Below are positions 1 through 8,320 of a stretch of 32,000 bases of DNA, piece by piece. Numbering within the stretch: position 1 is the first letter of the stretch; every line of letters begins with the position of its first letter. The position numbers were made by a program, and so were the translations under genes. This DNA is from Nitrosospira multiformis ATCC 25196 (GTDB lineage Bacteria; Pseudomonadota; Gammaproteobacteria; Burkholderiales; Nitrosomonadaceae): the NCBI RefSeq assembly GCF_000196355.1, contig NC_007614.1, positions 2,490,001-2,522,000 on the forward strand, in the 5' to 3' direction. The notes beneath the pieces are model-generated. The model worked only from the letters and a program-made list of their open reading frames with translations. It was not told where the DNA came from and did no database searches.

Positions 1-1
1 C

Positions 2-265
2 AACTTCCCCAATATAACAATGGAGCGGGAATCCCCTTATCGACTCGCCGTTGCGAATGCCAACGTACCGAACATGGTGGGGCAAATTTCCACCGCCATG
101 GCGAAAGCCGGTCTCAATATCCACACCATGGGTAACAAGTCTCGCGGCGAAATGGCCTACACCCTGGTGGATGTCGACAGTCCGGTACCCCAGGAAACGA
201 TCGACGAGATTGCGGCGATAAAGGGTGTGTTGAATGTACGCTACCTGCCGGTACCGGCCAAATAG
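2..265 (+). CDS. 3' end of a gene entering from the left edge; ACT-domain C-terminus, most like a SerA-type D-3-phosphoglycerate dehydrogenase
   Basis: The frame is open from base 2 (NFPNIT precedes the listed M). The pattern YRLAVANANVPNMVGQISTAMAKAGLNIHTM...YTLVDVD...IKGVLNVRYL matches the beta-alpha-beta-beta-alpha-beta ACT fold seen at the SerA C-terminus. The gene is partial, so the identity is tentative. Confidence 0.55.
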   Translation, partial: NFPNITMERESPYRLAVANANVPNMVGQISTAMAKAGLNIHTMGNKSRGEMAYTLVDVDSPVPQETIDEIAAIKGVLNVRYLPVPAK

Positions 266-322
266 CTGCCATTTCATGTCATAGCTTTGGCAGGTACGGT
301 TCAAAACAGAAATTATCCCGCG

Positions 323-1390
323 ATGACCGCTCAACTCAAACAGCTGCGCGACAAGATAGATGCAATCGACAGCGAACTCCTGAAGCTGGTGAGCGCGCGG
401 GCAGATCTCGCCCGCGAAATCGGAGAAATCAAGAATGGCACTGCGTATCGGCCCGAACGTGAAGCTCAGGTGCTGGCGCGGATGCGCGAACTGAACCCGG
501 GGCCCTTGGAGAATGAACAGGTTGCGCGGTTATTTACGGAGATCATGTCTCTCTGTCGATCCATGGAAGAACCTCTGACAGTCGCATACCTGGGACCGAG
601 GGGCACGTTTTCCGAAGAAGCTGCGCTCAAGCGCTTCGGTAGCGTTGTGACTTCGCTGCCGTGCAATTCGATAGATGACGTATTTAGCAAGGTGGAAGCC
701 GGCAAGGCAAATTATGGGGTTGTACCGGTAGAGAATTCGACCGAGGGCGCAGTGGGTAGGTCGCTCGATCTGTTGCTGCAAACCCGCTTGAAGGTGTGCG
801 GCGAAGTGGCGCTGGCCATACATCAGCTTCTGCTGGCGCATCATACCGACCTTGCACGCATTCGCAGGATTTACTCTCATCCTCAATCGTTTGCTCAATG
901 TCACGAGTGGCTCAATGTCCATTTGCCCCATTTACCCGCGTCGGCAAGAATCAACGCCGCGAGCAATGCGGATGCTGCCAGACTGGCGGCGGAAGATGAA
1001 AGCGCCGCGGCAGTGGCGGGAAAAAAGGCGGGAGAAGTATATGGTCTCACTGTCTGTGCCGAGAACATCGAGGATGATCCCAGCAATACGACCCGCTTCC
1101 TGGTAATAGGTGAGCAGGAAGTCGCCCCTTCCGGCAGGGATAAAACGTCGCTGGTAACGTCGGTCAGGAATCGGCCGGGCGCCATACATGAGTTACTGGC
1201 CCCGTTCGCCCATCATGGAGTCAGCATGACCCGGCTTGAATCGCGCCCGTCCCGTGCGGGTTTATGGGAATACGTGTTTTTTGTGGATGTCGAAGGCCAC
1301 CAGCAGGAGCCGAAAGTCTCCCAGGCGCTGCGCGAACTGGTGGAAAAAGCGGCGTTTCTCAAAGTGCTCGGCTCATATCCCGCAGCCTGA
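323..1390 (+). CDS. pheA: Bifunctional chorismate mutase / prephenate dehydratase (P-protein)
   Basis: The N-terminus MTAQLKQLRDKIDAIDSELLKLVSARADLAREIG is a typical chorismate mutase type II helix. The prephenate dehydratase core is present (VAYLGPRGTFSEEAA, VPVENSTEGAV, TRFLVIG), followed by a C-terminal ACT region (ESRPSR...WEYVFFVDVEGH). The ORF track starts at TTG 287; ATG 323 fits known N-termini better. Confidence 0.9.
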   Translation: MTAQLKQLRDKIDAIDSELLKLVSARADLAREIGEIKNGTAYRPEREAQVLARMRELNPGPLENEQVARLFTEIMSLCRSMEEPLTVAYLGPRGTFSEEAALKRFGSVVTSLPCNSIDDVFSKVEAGKANYGVVPVENSTEGAVGRSLDLLLQTRLKVCGEVALAIHQLLLAHHTDLARIRRIYSHPQSFAQCHEWLNVHLPHLPASARINAASNADAARLAAEDESAAAVAGKKAGEVYGLTVCAENIEDDPSNTTRFLVIGEQEVAPSGRDKTSLVTSVRNRPGAIHELLAPFAHHGVSMTRLESRPSRAGLWEYVFFVDVEGHQQEPKVSQALRELVEKAAFLKVLGSYPAA

Positions 1391-1588
1391 CCCTCCTCCT
1401 CTGTTTTCTCATAAACCTCCATGCGCTGCCGCGAAATGCCGTAAAGTGAATCCCGTGCGATGATCCAGTTACCCTGCGAAAAATTCGGCGTCATATCATT
1501 GCGGCTCCGCACCCCGGAATCTCCGATGGGGGGCCATGACGAAGATTTTGCCTACGGCCGGGAAACGGGTTATTGCAAGCATGAATCC

Positions 1589-1660
1589 ATGCTTTTTGTG
1601 CGATTGCCTGTCCTGTTGACGGTTATTATTTTCTGCTTTTTCTTCCCTACCATCTTATGA
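1589..1660 (+). other. Possible 23-codon Phe-rich upstream ORF ([23 protein letters not shown]) whose stop overlaps the hisC start
   Basis: ATG 1589 lies in the 3' arm of the hairpin AAGCATG-aatc-CATGCTT (1577-1594). The codon run TTC TGC TTT TTC TTC spans 1631-1645. TGA 1658-1660 overlaps the hisC ATG at 1657-1659. I see no Shine-Dalgarno sequence for either ORF. Speculative. Confidence 0.2.
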
Positions 1661-2835
1661 ATATTTGCGATCTCGCTCCTGCATATATCCGTGCCATCAG
1701 TCCCTATCAGCCCGGCAAGCCTATTTCTGAACTGGCCCGGGAGATGGGGATGGATGAACAGTCCATCATCAAGCTTGCGTCCAATGAAAACCCCCTGGGA
1801 ACCAGTCCAATGGCCCTGAACGCAATGAGCAAGGCGCTCGACGAGGTTTCGTTGTATCCGGACGGAAGCGGATTTGAGCTGAAAGCAGCGCTGTCCGAGC
1901 GCTATGGCGTGACCAGCGATCAGATTGTGCTGGGCAACGGTTCCAATGACGTTCTGGAGTTGGCCGCGCGCGTATTCCTGAAGCCGGGGGCCTCGACCGT
2001 TTACTCGCAGCATGCGTTTGCGGTTTATCCCCTGGTGACGAAAGCGGTGGGTGGAATCGGCATTTCCGTTCCCGCCCGGAACTATGGCCATGATCTTGAC
2101 GCCATGCTGGATGCTGTCGCGCCTGAAACACGGGTTGTATTTATTGCCAATCCCAACAATCCCACCGGCACCCTGCTGCCTGCCGACGATGTGCTGCGCT
2201 TTCTCGAGCGAGTGTCCCCGGATGTGCTGGTCGTACTGGATGAAGCATACAACGAGTATCTGCCGCCCGCCCTCAAGGGAGATAGCATTGCCTGGCTGAA
2301 GCAGTTTCCCAATCTCCTCATTACCCGCACTTTCTCCAAAGCTTACGGTATGGCAGGCGTGCGCGTCGGTTTCGGCCTCGGGCATCCTGACGTCGCCGGT
2401 CTGATGAACCGCGTGCGCCAGCCATTCAACGTCAACAATATCGGTCTTGCCGGCGCGGTGGCTGCGCTGCAGGATGAGGAGTTCGTAAAGCGTTCTTATG
2501 CGCTCAACCAGGCAGGCATGCTGCAGATTGTCACCGGATTGCGGCAGATGGGAATCGAGTACATTCCGTCCTACGGGAATTTCCTGAGCTTTCGGGTGCC
2601 AGGCAATGTCAAGGCAATAAACGAGAGTCTGCTGAAGCAGGGTGTGATTGTCCGCCCCATCAGCATTTATGAAATGCCGGAACATCTCCGGGTAACTGTC
2701 GGGCTCGAATCTGAAAATGAGAAATTCCTGAAATCGCTGGCGATAGCCCTGGAGACGACGGAAGGGGCAGCAGCAGACACAATACCTGAGATGGCGGTAA
2801 GCTTTCCCAAAGTTGCATCGGGGGGAACAGCGTGA
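1657..2835 (+). CDS. hisC: Histidinol-phosphate / aromatic aminotransferase (class II PLP aminotransferase)
   Basis: Family motifs are present: [30 protein letters not shown], and [14 protein letters not shown] with the PLP lysine. Its position between pheA and tyrA suggests an aromatic-pathway HisC paralogue. There is a C-terminal extension of about 30 aa. Confidence 0.88.
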   Translation: MNICDLAPAYIRAISPYQPGKPISELAREMGMDEQSIIKLASNENPLGTSPMALNAMSKALDEVSLYPDGSGFELKAALSERYGVTSDQIVLGNGSNDVLELAARVFLKPGASTVYSQHAFAVYPLVTKAVGGIGISVPARNYGHDLDAMLDAVAPETRVVFIANPNNPTGTLLPADDVLRFLERVSPDVLVVLDEAYNEYLPPALKGDSIAWLKQFPNLLITRTFSKAYGMAGVRVGFGLGHPDVAGLMNRVRQPFNVNNIGLAGAVAALQDEEFVKRSYALNQAGMLQIVTGLRQMGIEYIPSYGNFLSFRVPGNVKAINESLLKQGVIVRPISIYEMPEHLRVTVGLESENEKFLKSLAIALETTEGAAADTIPEMAVSFPKVASGGTA

Positions 2836-3848
2836 TCATAGTCATGAATAACGGCGCCACCGAAGAGCAGATCGAAACGGTGGTTGCAAAAATTCGAAGC
2901 TTCGACCTGGACGCGAACGTTTCGCGTGGCACCGAGCGTACCGTAATCGGCGCAATTGGCAATGAGCGCAAGCTCAGTCCCGAAATGTTCGATACCCTGA
3001 GCGGTGTCGAATATTCCATGCATATCGTCAAGCAGTACAAGATCGTGTCGCGCGAATGGCACAGGGATAATTCGATAATCAATGTGGGAGATGTGGCGAT
3101 TGGCGGGGACCAGGTGCAGGTGATCGGAGGTCCCTGTTCAGTGGAGACGCAAGAGCAAATGGATTCGGCGGCCCAACATGTCTCGGATGCCGGATGCCGG
3201 CTGATGCGGGGCGGCGCCTTCAAGCCCCGTACCAGTCCCTATACCTTCCAGGGCAATGGCGAAGAAGGATTGAAAATGTTCCGCAAGGCTGCGGATAAGC
3301 ACAACCTCCGGATCGTCACGGAATTGATGGATGCGCGCATGCTGGACACTTTCCTCGAGTATGACGTGGATGTGATCCAGATCGGTACACGCAGCATGCA
3401 GAACTTCGAACTTTTGAAAGAAGTGGGGCGCATCAACAAGCCCGTGATACTGAAGCGCGGGATGTCCGCGACCGTTTCCGAGTGGCTCATGGCCGCGGAA
3501 TACATCGCCGCGGGCGGCAACCATAACATCATTTTCTGCGAACGCGGCATACGCACCTTTGAAACCGCTTATCGCAACGTAATGGATGTAACCTGCATCC
3601 CCGTGCTAAAAAAAGAAACGCACTTGCCGGTAATCGTCGATCCCTCCCATGCGGGGGGAAAGGCATGGATGGTGCCCGCCCTGGCGCGCGCGGCAGTTGC
3701 AGCGGGAGCGGATGGCCTGCTGGTAGAGACGCATCCCAATCCATGCGAAGCCTGGTGCGACGCAGACCAGGCGTTGAATCCCGAGGAATTCCGCGATCTG
3801 ATGGGATCGCTGCAAGGAATAGCGGCAGTAATCGGACGGAGTCTGTGA
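2832..3848 (+). CDS. aroF: 3-deoxy-7-phosphoheptulonate (DAHP) synthase, type I-beta, with an N-terminal ferredoxin-like regulatory domain
   Basis: It aligns by eye along its whole length to Thermotoga-type DAHPS: [18 protein letters not shown]..., [48 protein letters not shown] 2832 overlaps the hisC TGA (GTGA). Confidence 0.88.
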   Translation: MIIVMNNGATEEQIETVVAKIRSFDLDANVSRGTERTVIGAIGNERKLSPEMFDTLSGVEYSMHIVKQYKIVSREWHRDNSIINVGDVAIGGDQVQVIGGPCSVETQEQMDSAAQHVSDAGCRLMRGGAFKPRTSPYTFQGNGEEGLKMFRKAADKHNLRIVTELMDARMLDTFLEYDVDVIQIGTRSMQNFELLKEVGRINKPVILKRGMSATVSEWLMAAEYIAAGGNHNIIFCERGIRTFETAYRNVMDVTCIPVLKKETHLPVIVDPSHAGGKAWMVPALARAAVAAGADGLLVETHPNPCEAWCDADQALNPEEFRDLMGSLQGIAAVIGRSL

Positions 3849-3921
3849 TGAATAGCCGCTCCACCTGATAGCCATGCGAGGCTTGATATCAACCGCTCAT
3901 ATAAACCCCTCATATAAACCG

Positions 3922-4833
3922 ATGCCGACAATGACTACTACTGTGATCCACAAACTGGTGGTTATCGGGGTAGGCTTGATCGGCGGTTCGTTCGCGCTTG
4001 CGTTGCGCGAGGCTGGGAGGGTGCAGCATATCACCGGCATTGGTCGCAGCAGGGAAAACATGCGGCGCGCCCTGGCGCTGGGTGAGATAGATGAGATTGC
4101 CGACAACATTGAGTCCGCCTTGAAGGATGCGGAATTGGTGTTCCTTGCCGTACCTGTCGGACAAACCGGCGAAATCATGGCGCAGATATCCGCATATCTT
4201 GCGCCCTCCACCATCGTGACAGACGCGGGCAGCACCAAGCAGGAGGTGGTAGCGGCGGCACGCTCCCATCTTGCTCCCCATCTGAAAAATTTTGTTCCCG
4301 GGCACCCCGTTGCCGGGGCGGAAAGGAGTGGAGCAGGCGCCGCCAATGCAGATCTGTTTCGCGGCAAAAATGTTGTACTGACTCCCCTTGAGGAAACCAG
4401 CCGGGAGGCAACGCAAAAAGTAACGGAATTATGGGAGGCTTGCGGAGCCCGGATTTCCCGGATGAGCGCGAACCGGCACGACGAAATACTGGCTGCTGTC
4501 AGTCATCTCCCTCATGTTCTTGCCTTTGCGCTGATGAATCATGTCGTCTCTGCCGGAGCCGATGGAAGCAACGACGCGCACGACAACGATCTGCTGCGTT
4601 TTGCCGGGAGCGGCTTTCGGGATTCCACGCGTATCGCCGGCAGCTCTCCCGAAATGTGGCGCGACATATGTCTTGGCAATCGGAAGGCGTTGCTAAACCA
4701 GATCGATGCGTACCAGAAGGAATTGACTGTCATGCGCGAAATGCTGTCGGATGGCGATGGGGATGCTCTCGAAAGGCTTTTCGCAAGGGCGCGCAACGCA
4801 AGGGAGCACTGGCTGAAAAGCTTGCCCGGATAA
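3922..4833 (+). CDS. tyrA: Prephenate (or arogenate) dehydrogenase
   Basis: A Rossmann motif KLVVIGVGLIGGSFALAL is followed by DAGSTK and GHPVAGAERSG. The start is uncertain: ATG 3874, 3922 or 3931, none with a clear SD. Confidence 0.85.
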   Translation: MPTMTTTVIHKLVVIGVGLIGGSFALALREAGRVQHITGIGRSRENMRRALALGEIDEIADNIESALKDAELVFLAVPVGQTGEIMAQISAYLAPSTIVTDAGSTKQEVVAAARSHLAPHLKNFVPGHPVAGAERSGAGAANADLFRGKNVVLTPLEETSREATQKVTELWEACGARISRMSANRHDEILAAVSHLPHVLAFALMNHVVSAGADGSNDAHDNDLLRFAGSGFRDSTRIAGSSPEMWRDICLGNRKALLNQIDAYQKELTVMREMLSDGDGDALERLFARARNAREHWLKSLPG

Positions 4834-4861
4834 ATCGATGGGTCACCCCATTGATTGTGAA

Positions 4862-5152
4862 TTATGATTCGTGGGCGATGGGCTTGTCAGTGAACAGATA
4901 GTCTCTCAGTTCCGTGGAAAAGACCGGGTCCTTACGGCGGATCCATTCGAGCACCATTGCCGCATGCTCCTTTTCCTCATCGCGGTTATGCACGAGGATT
5001 GCCTTGAGTTCCTCATCCTTGCAGGAATCCACACGCTGGTTATACCAGTCTATCGCTTCCAGTTCTTCCATCAGCGAAACGATCGCCTTATGCATATCCC
5101 GTGTTTCGTCGGAGAGTTCCTCAAGGGGTTCGTGGTAACCTTCATTGGCCAT
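4862..5152 (-). CDS. Encapsulated-ferritin-like (EncFtn family) ferritin-like protein, core domain only
   Basis: HEPLEELSDETRDMHKAIVSLMEELEAIDWYNQRVD...ILVHNRDEEKEHAAMVLEWIRR closely resembles the Rhodospirillum rubrum EncFtn core, including the ExxE and ExxH iron-site residues. A GGAGG SD lies about 7 nt upstream of the ATG. Confidence 0.8.
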   Translation of the reverse strand: MANEGYHEPLEELSDETRDMHKAIVSLMEELEAIDWYNQRVDSCKDEELKAILVHNRDEEKEHAAMVLEWIRRKDPVFSTELRDYLFTDKPIAHES

Positions 5153-5370
5153 ACTACCTCCTCTTTCAAGAGAATGTCAGGATCGACTTCTTATTGTTTA
5201 CAAGCAAAGAACTGTGCAAGACGATTGAGCACGACTCTGAAAGGATACAGAGTGCTCTTCTTCTCGCAACGAATCCATAAAATAGATACGAGCAACGAAC
5301 CCACCTCATGAGTGAGTTCCACAAGCGCCGGCTTCCCTGATACAGGGACAGACAACGAATGCTTTCGGCA

Positions 5371-5994
5371 CTATTTCCGCTTCACCTGCTTCTCAATATC
5401 GTCAAAAACGCGATTGACGATATTCTCCAGGTCATGCGGACCATCGCGTCCATACGTAACACATTTTTCATAACCGGTCACCGCAAAACAGATGCGCGTG
5501 CTCGCTGTATCCATCAAGCGTAATGCAGAAGTCGCAATCATCCCATCATCCTTGAGAAAGACAGAATAGCGTGGGGTGTATTGCGAAGGAAGTTCGAAGA
5601 AACGAATTCTGTAAAGGTCGTTCAGAAGAGCAAGCAGTGCGCTCGTTGGGTAGAAAACCTGCAGAAGTTCATTACTCCGTTCGAAAGTAGCGCTTCCCTT
5701 GCCTGACAGGCTGATCCGCTGTACAGGAAAGGCCGCATTGCCTCCCTGCCGGATCAGATGGAGACCGACTTCCTGAATGGGATAAGTGAGTGGAGGACCC
5801 TCGGGCCCCAAGGTACTTTCGGCCGCCATGGACGCTGACCCGACAAGGAGCAAGATGAAAACAGGGAACGGCCTGGCAAGAAAAGTTCGATAAATCCGAT
5901 ATCGCGGTACCAGGGTCCAACAGACCAGACTGCGCCGCCGCCATAGGGATAAAGCGGCGGCAAGAAAGATTATCTCCTCAGCATTACTGGTCAT
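5371..5994 (-). CDS. Hypothetical protein with N-terminal hydrophobic segments
   Basis: A 207-codon ORF whose start overlaps the stop of the upstream PEP-CTERM gene by 11 nt. It has two hydrophobic stretches (IIFLAAALSLW, PFPVFILLLVGSASMAA). I recognised no family. Confidence 0.5.
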   Translation of the reverse strand: MTSNAEEIIFLAAALSLWRRRSLVCWTLVPRYRIYRTFLARPFPVFILLLVGSASMAAESTLGPEGPPLTYPIQEVGLHLIRQGGNAAFPVQRISLSGKGSATFERSNELLQVFYPTSALLALLNDLYRIRFFELPSQYTPRYSVFLKDDGMIATSALRLMDTASTRICFAVTGYEKCVTYGRDGPHDLENIVNRVFDDIEKQVKRK

Positions 5995-7012
5995 GGCGCT
6001 TTTTGCGCCGCGTTCCCCAGCCCAGCAACCCCAAGCCGGCCAGCATCATCGCGTAGACCTCCGGCTCTGGCACAGCCGTTACCGTATATCCAAGATCCTG
6101 GAGCATGCCAATCTCGACCGCACTGTAGTCCCGGGCATAAGGTCCCGTCTCAGAGGCGGCCAGCATCATCATTCCCGCATAAGCGCTATTATTATCATCC
6201 AGGTGGGAAACGCTGCTCCCCTCCTCCCACGGAAACGGTGTGTACAGACCCACCGGATTGCCTCCGTTTGCCGCCATGGCGTGAGCTCCATCGAAGAACA
6301 GGCCTCCCGAGGGACTGGTGCCTCCCACGCTGCCTGCATCCCAGACAGTCTGATCGAGTGCGAAAGTTGCAGGATCAATGACCGGAGTTCCACTCTTGTT
6401 TACCAGGTAGCTGTCGAAGCTGCTCCAGCTTCCCGCATCCTTCGTACCCCCGATCGGATCACCGAATTGCCCTATGGATGAAGAAAAACCAAGCGTATGC
6501 GTAAATTCATGAAACATCGTGGAATAGAAGTCGTAGCGCTCACTCGACACGGGCGTGTTGAAGCCAAGCTCCCATTTGCTCCCAAAGTTGATATCGAGCG
6601 AGCCATCGGGTCTGCTTCCGTTGGAATCAATCCCTGTCTGGAGTTTCTCGCGCACGACCTCGTTGAGGTTGAATCCCGGTACCGGGGGAACGACATATTC
6701 ACTGCCCGCCCCTGCCAGGGTACTGCTCTGGGGATCATTGGTGGCCGTTGCTTCCAGCACAATGGTCCCCGAGTTGGCGAAGTGGGTGCCAAACATTCTG
6801 GAGAATTCCGTGGCAGCAGTGTTGAGCGCAGCTTGCCGACTGGCGCCGTTTACGGGATCGAGAAATCCCGTACCAGGCGCATCCTTGTATACGAACTGGA
6901 AATTGATGCCCGCGTTTGCGATGAGACTGAACGACAGGCAACCCGCAAACAATCCTCCGTTAACTACCGCGCGCGTTGCCTGTGCAATCGCTTTCTGTTT
7001 TTGATTCTTCAT
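5984..7012 (-). CDS. Secreted PEP-CTERM-anchored protein with an HExxH zinc-metalloprotease-like motif
   Basis: It has an N-terminal signal-like sequence, the motif HEFTHTLGF (HExxHxxG), and the C-terminus VPEPEVYAMMLAGLGLLGWGTRRKKR. That C-terminus gives the PEP motif, a TM helix and a basic tail, which is the exosortase sorting signal. A GGGAGA SD lies upstream. Confidence 0.75.
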   Translation of the reverse strand: MKNQKQKAIAQATRAVVNGGLFAGCLSFSLIANAGINFQFVYKDAPGTGFLDPVNGASRQAALNTAATEFSRMFGTHFANSGTIVLEATATNDPQSSTLAGAGSEYVVPPVPGFNLNEVVREKLQTGIDSNGSRPDGSLDINFGSKWELGFNTPVSSERYDFYSTMFHEFTHTLGFSSSIGQFGDPIGGTKDAGSWSSFDSYLVNKSGTPVIDPATFALDQTVWDAGSVGGTSPSGGLFFDGAHAMAANGGNPVGLYTPFPWEEGSSVSHLDDNNSAYAGMMMLAASETGPYARDYSAVEIGMLQDLGYTVTAVPEPEVYAMMLAGLGLLGWGTRRKKRHDQ

Positions 7013-7091
7013 ATGACGATTCTCCCGCTCAGATTGTGATTCAGTAAACCCACGTCCTACCTCGGCAATAAAAACGAAAACGCAACGGGCA

Positions 7092-7348
7092 TCAACGCGG
7101 AGTCGCGCTTATAAGCCGCGCAAGCATCTGCGCAATCAGCAGTCCACCGAAAGGATGGGGGTGGTGTAAAGGCAGGTTATAACCCGGATTGCATGCTTTG
7201 AAGTAACAGGTAATTCGATGAAACCCGATTCCAAAGCTGCTGGTGCGATCCTTTCCGCTGAGCACTGAAGGCTTATTTTACCAAGTGAAGTCTTGATTGC
7301 AACTTTCCACATGCTTGCCGCCCCGAAAAGATCAGTCCTGCTAACCAA
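7092..7348 (-). pseudogene. Remnant of a PIN-domain (VapC-like, COG3744-type) toxin gene: 5'-truncated and frameshifted
   Basis: The listed ORF reads GAASMWKVAIKTSLGKISL...GFIELPVTSKHAIRVI, which matches SAAS-WEIAIK-LGKL...GF-ELPI. After a frameshift near 7165 the next frame reads LPLHHPHPFGGLLIAQ, versus the consensus LPxHHRDPFDRLLIAQ with the acidic residues lost. The first ~40 codons of a normal PIN domain are absent, and the fragment abuts the lpxA stop codon. Confidence 0.6.
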
Positions 7349-8131
7349 TCACCGGATAATTCCACGTCCTCGCACGGAAATAAAATCAAGAAAGCGTTGG
7401 ACAGACGGTGTATCGCCAGCAAGCTGCATGAGCTGCGCTTCCGCTTCTTTCAATGCAAGGCCGGACCGGTATACCAGCTTGTAAGCACTTTTCAGTGCGC
7501 GAAGGGTGGATTCGGAAAACCCGCGGCGCTTGAGCTCTCTCCAGTTGAGACCGTAAGGCATGGCGGGATTTCCCGCCGCCAGGAGATAAGGTGGCAGGTC
7601 CTGAGTCAGCACGGTGCCTAAACCGGTAAAGCTGTAGGCGCCCACGCGAACGAACTGATGAACGGAGGTGAATCCCCCGAGTCCCGCGTAATCACCCACC
7701 TGGACATGGCCGGCCAGGGAAGCGTTATTGGTAAAGGTCGTGAAGTTACCCACCTGGCAATCATGCGCCAGATGGACGTAAGCCATCACGAAATTGTCAT
7801 TTCCGAGGCGAGTAACACCCGCCCCTTGGGCGGTACCCCGATTGAAAGTACAAAACTCCCGAATCGTGTTTCGATCGCCTATTTCCAATCGGGTAGGTTC
7901 ACCCTTGTATTTCTTGTCCTGGGGCTCATCCCCTAGCGAGCAGAACTGGAAAATCCGGTTATTGTCCCCGACGCGCGTATGCCCCTTAATGACAACGTGC
8001 GGCCCGATCCAGGTATCGTCGCCAACCGCGACATGTTCTTCCACAATGGAATAAGCCCCGATGGTGACACCCGAGCCAAGCTGTGCACCGGGATGAACAA
8101 CGGCTGTCGGATGGATACTGGCTTCCTTCAT
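7349..8131 (-). CDS. lpxA: Acyl-ACP--UDP-N-acetylglucosamine O-acyltransferase (left-handed beta-helix)
   Basis: Full-length LpxA pattern: IHPTAVVHPGAQLG hexapeptide repeats, QFCSLG, VHLAHDC with the catalytic His, and a C-terminal helical domain GLNWRELKRRGFS...LKSAYKLVY. ATG 8131 is preferred over TTG 8152. It is not in the usual lpxD-fabZ-lpxA-lpxB context. Confidence 0.88.
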   Translation of the reverse strand: MKEASIHPTAVVHPGAQLGSGVTIGAYSIVEEHVAVGDDTWIGPHVVIKGHTRVGDNNRIFQFCSLGDEPQDKKYKGEPTRLEIGDRNTIREFCTFNRGTAQGAGVTRLGNDNFVMAYVHLAHDCQVGNFTTFTNNASLAGHVQVGDYAGLGGFTSVHQFVRVGAYSFTGLGTVLTQDLPPYLLAAGNPAMPYGLNWRELKRRGFSESTLRALKSAYKLVYRSGLALKEAEAQLMQLAGDTPSVQRFLDFISVRGRGIIR

Positions 8132-8320
8132 GAGTCTGTCCTGCACTGACAAACTTGAGCCTGCGTAATCCCTGATACTCCGGGTACTTCAAGCACCAGT
8201 AGCAGGAACCCCGGTTCTCGACTAAGATAATTCTCGGCATACATTCCATACATGCCATACTTCCCCATTCCATCCAAAGCGTTTGATCGTGCCAGAACGA
8301 AACCTCGACGGGACTTTGTA

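Noticed and set aside
1570-2685. A 371-aa ORF antisense to hisC.
   Set aside because: It lies entirely opposite a gene with strong aminotransferase motifs. It has no recognisable domain and an Arg/Gly/His-rich composition typical of shadow ORFs in GC-rich DNA.
4834-4861. A small hairpin ATGGG-tcac-CCCAT between the convergent tyrA and EncFtn-like genes, considered as a bidirectional terminator.
   Set aside because: It has only a 5-bp stem and no clear T-runs, so it is too weak to call.
5153-5370. I looked for a Fur box upstream of the EncFtn-like gene.
   Set aside because: No convincing match to the GATAATGATAATCATTATC-type consensus was seen by eye. The hairpin TCCCTG-ata-CAGGGA at 5334-5348 lacks a U-tract.
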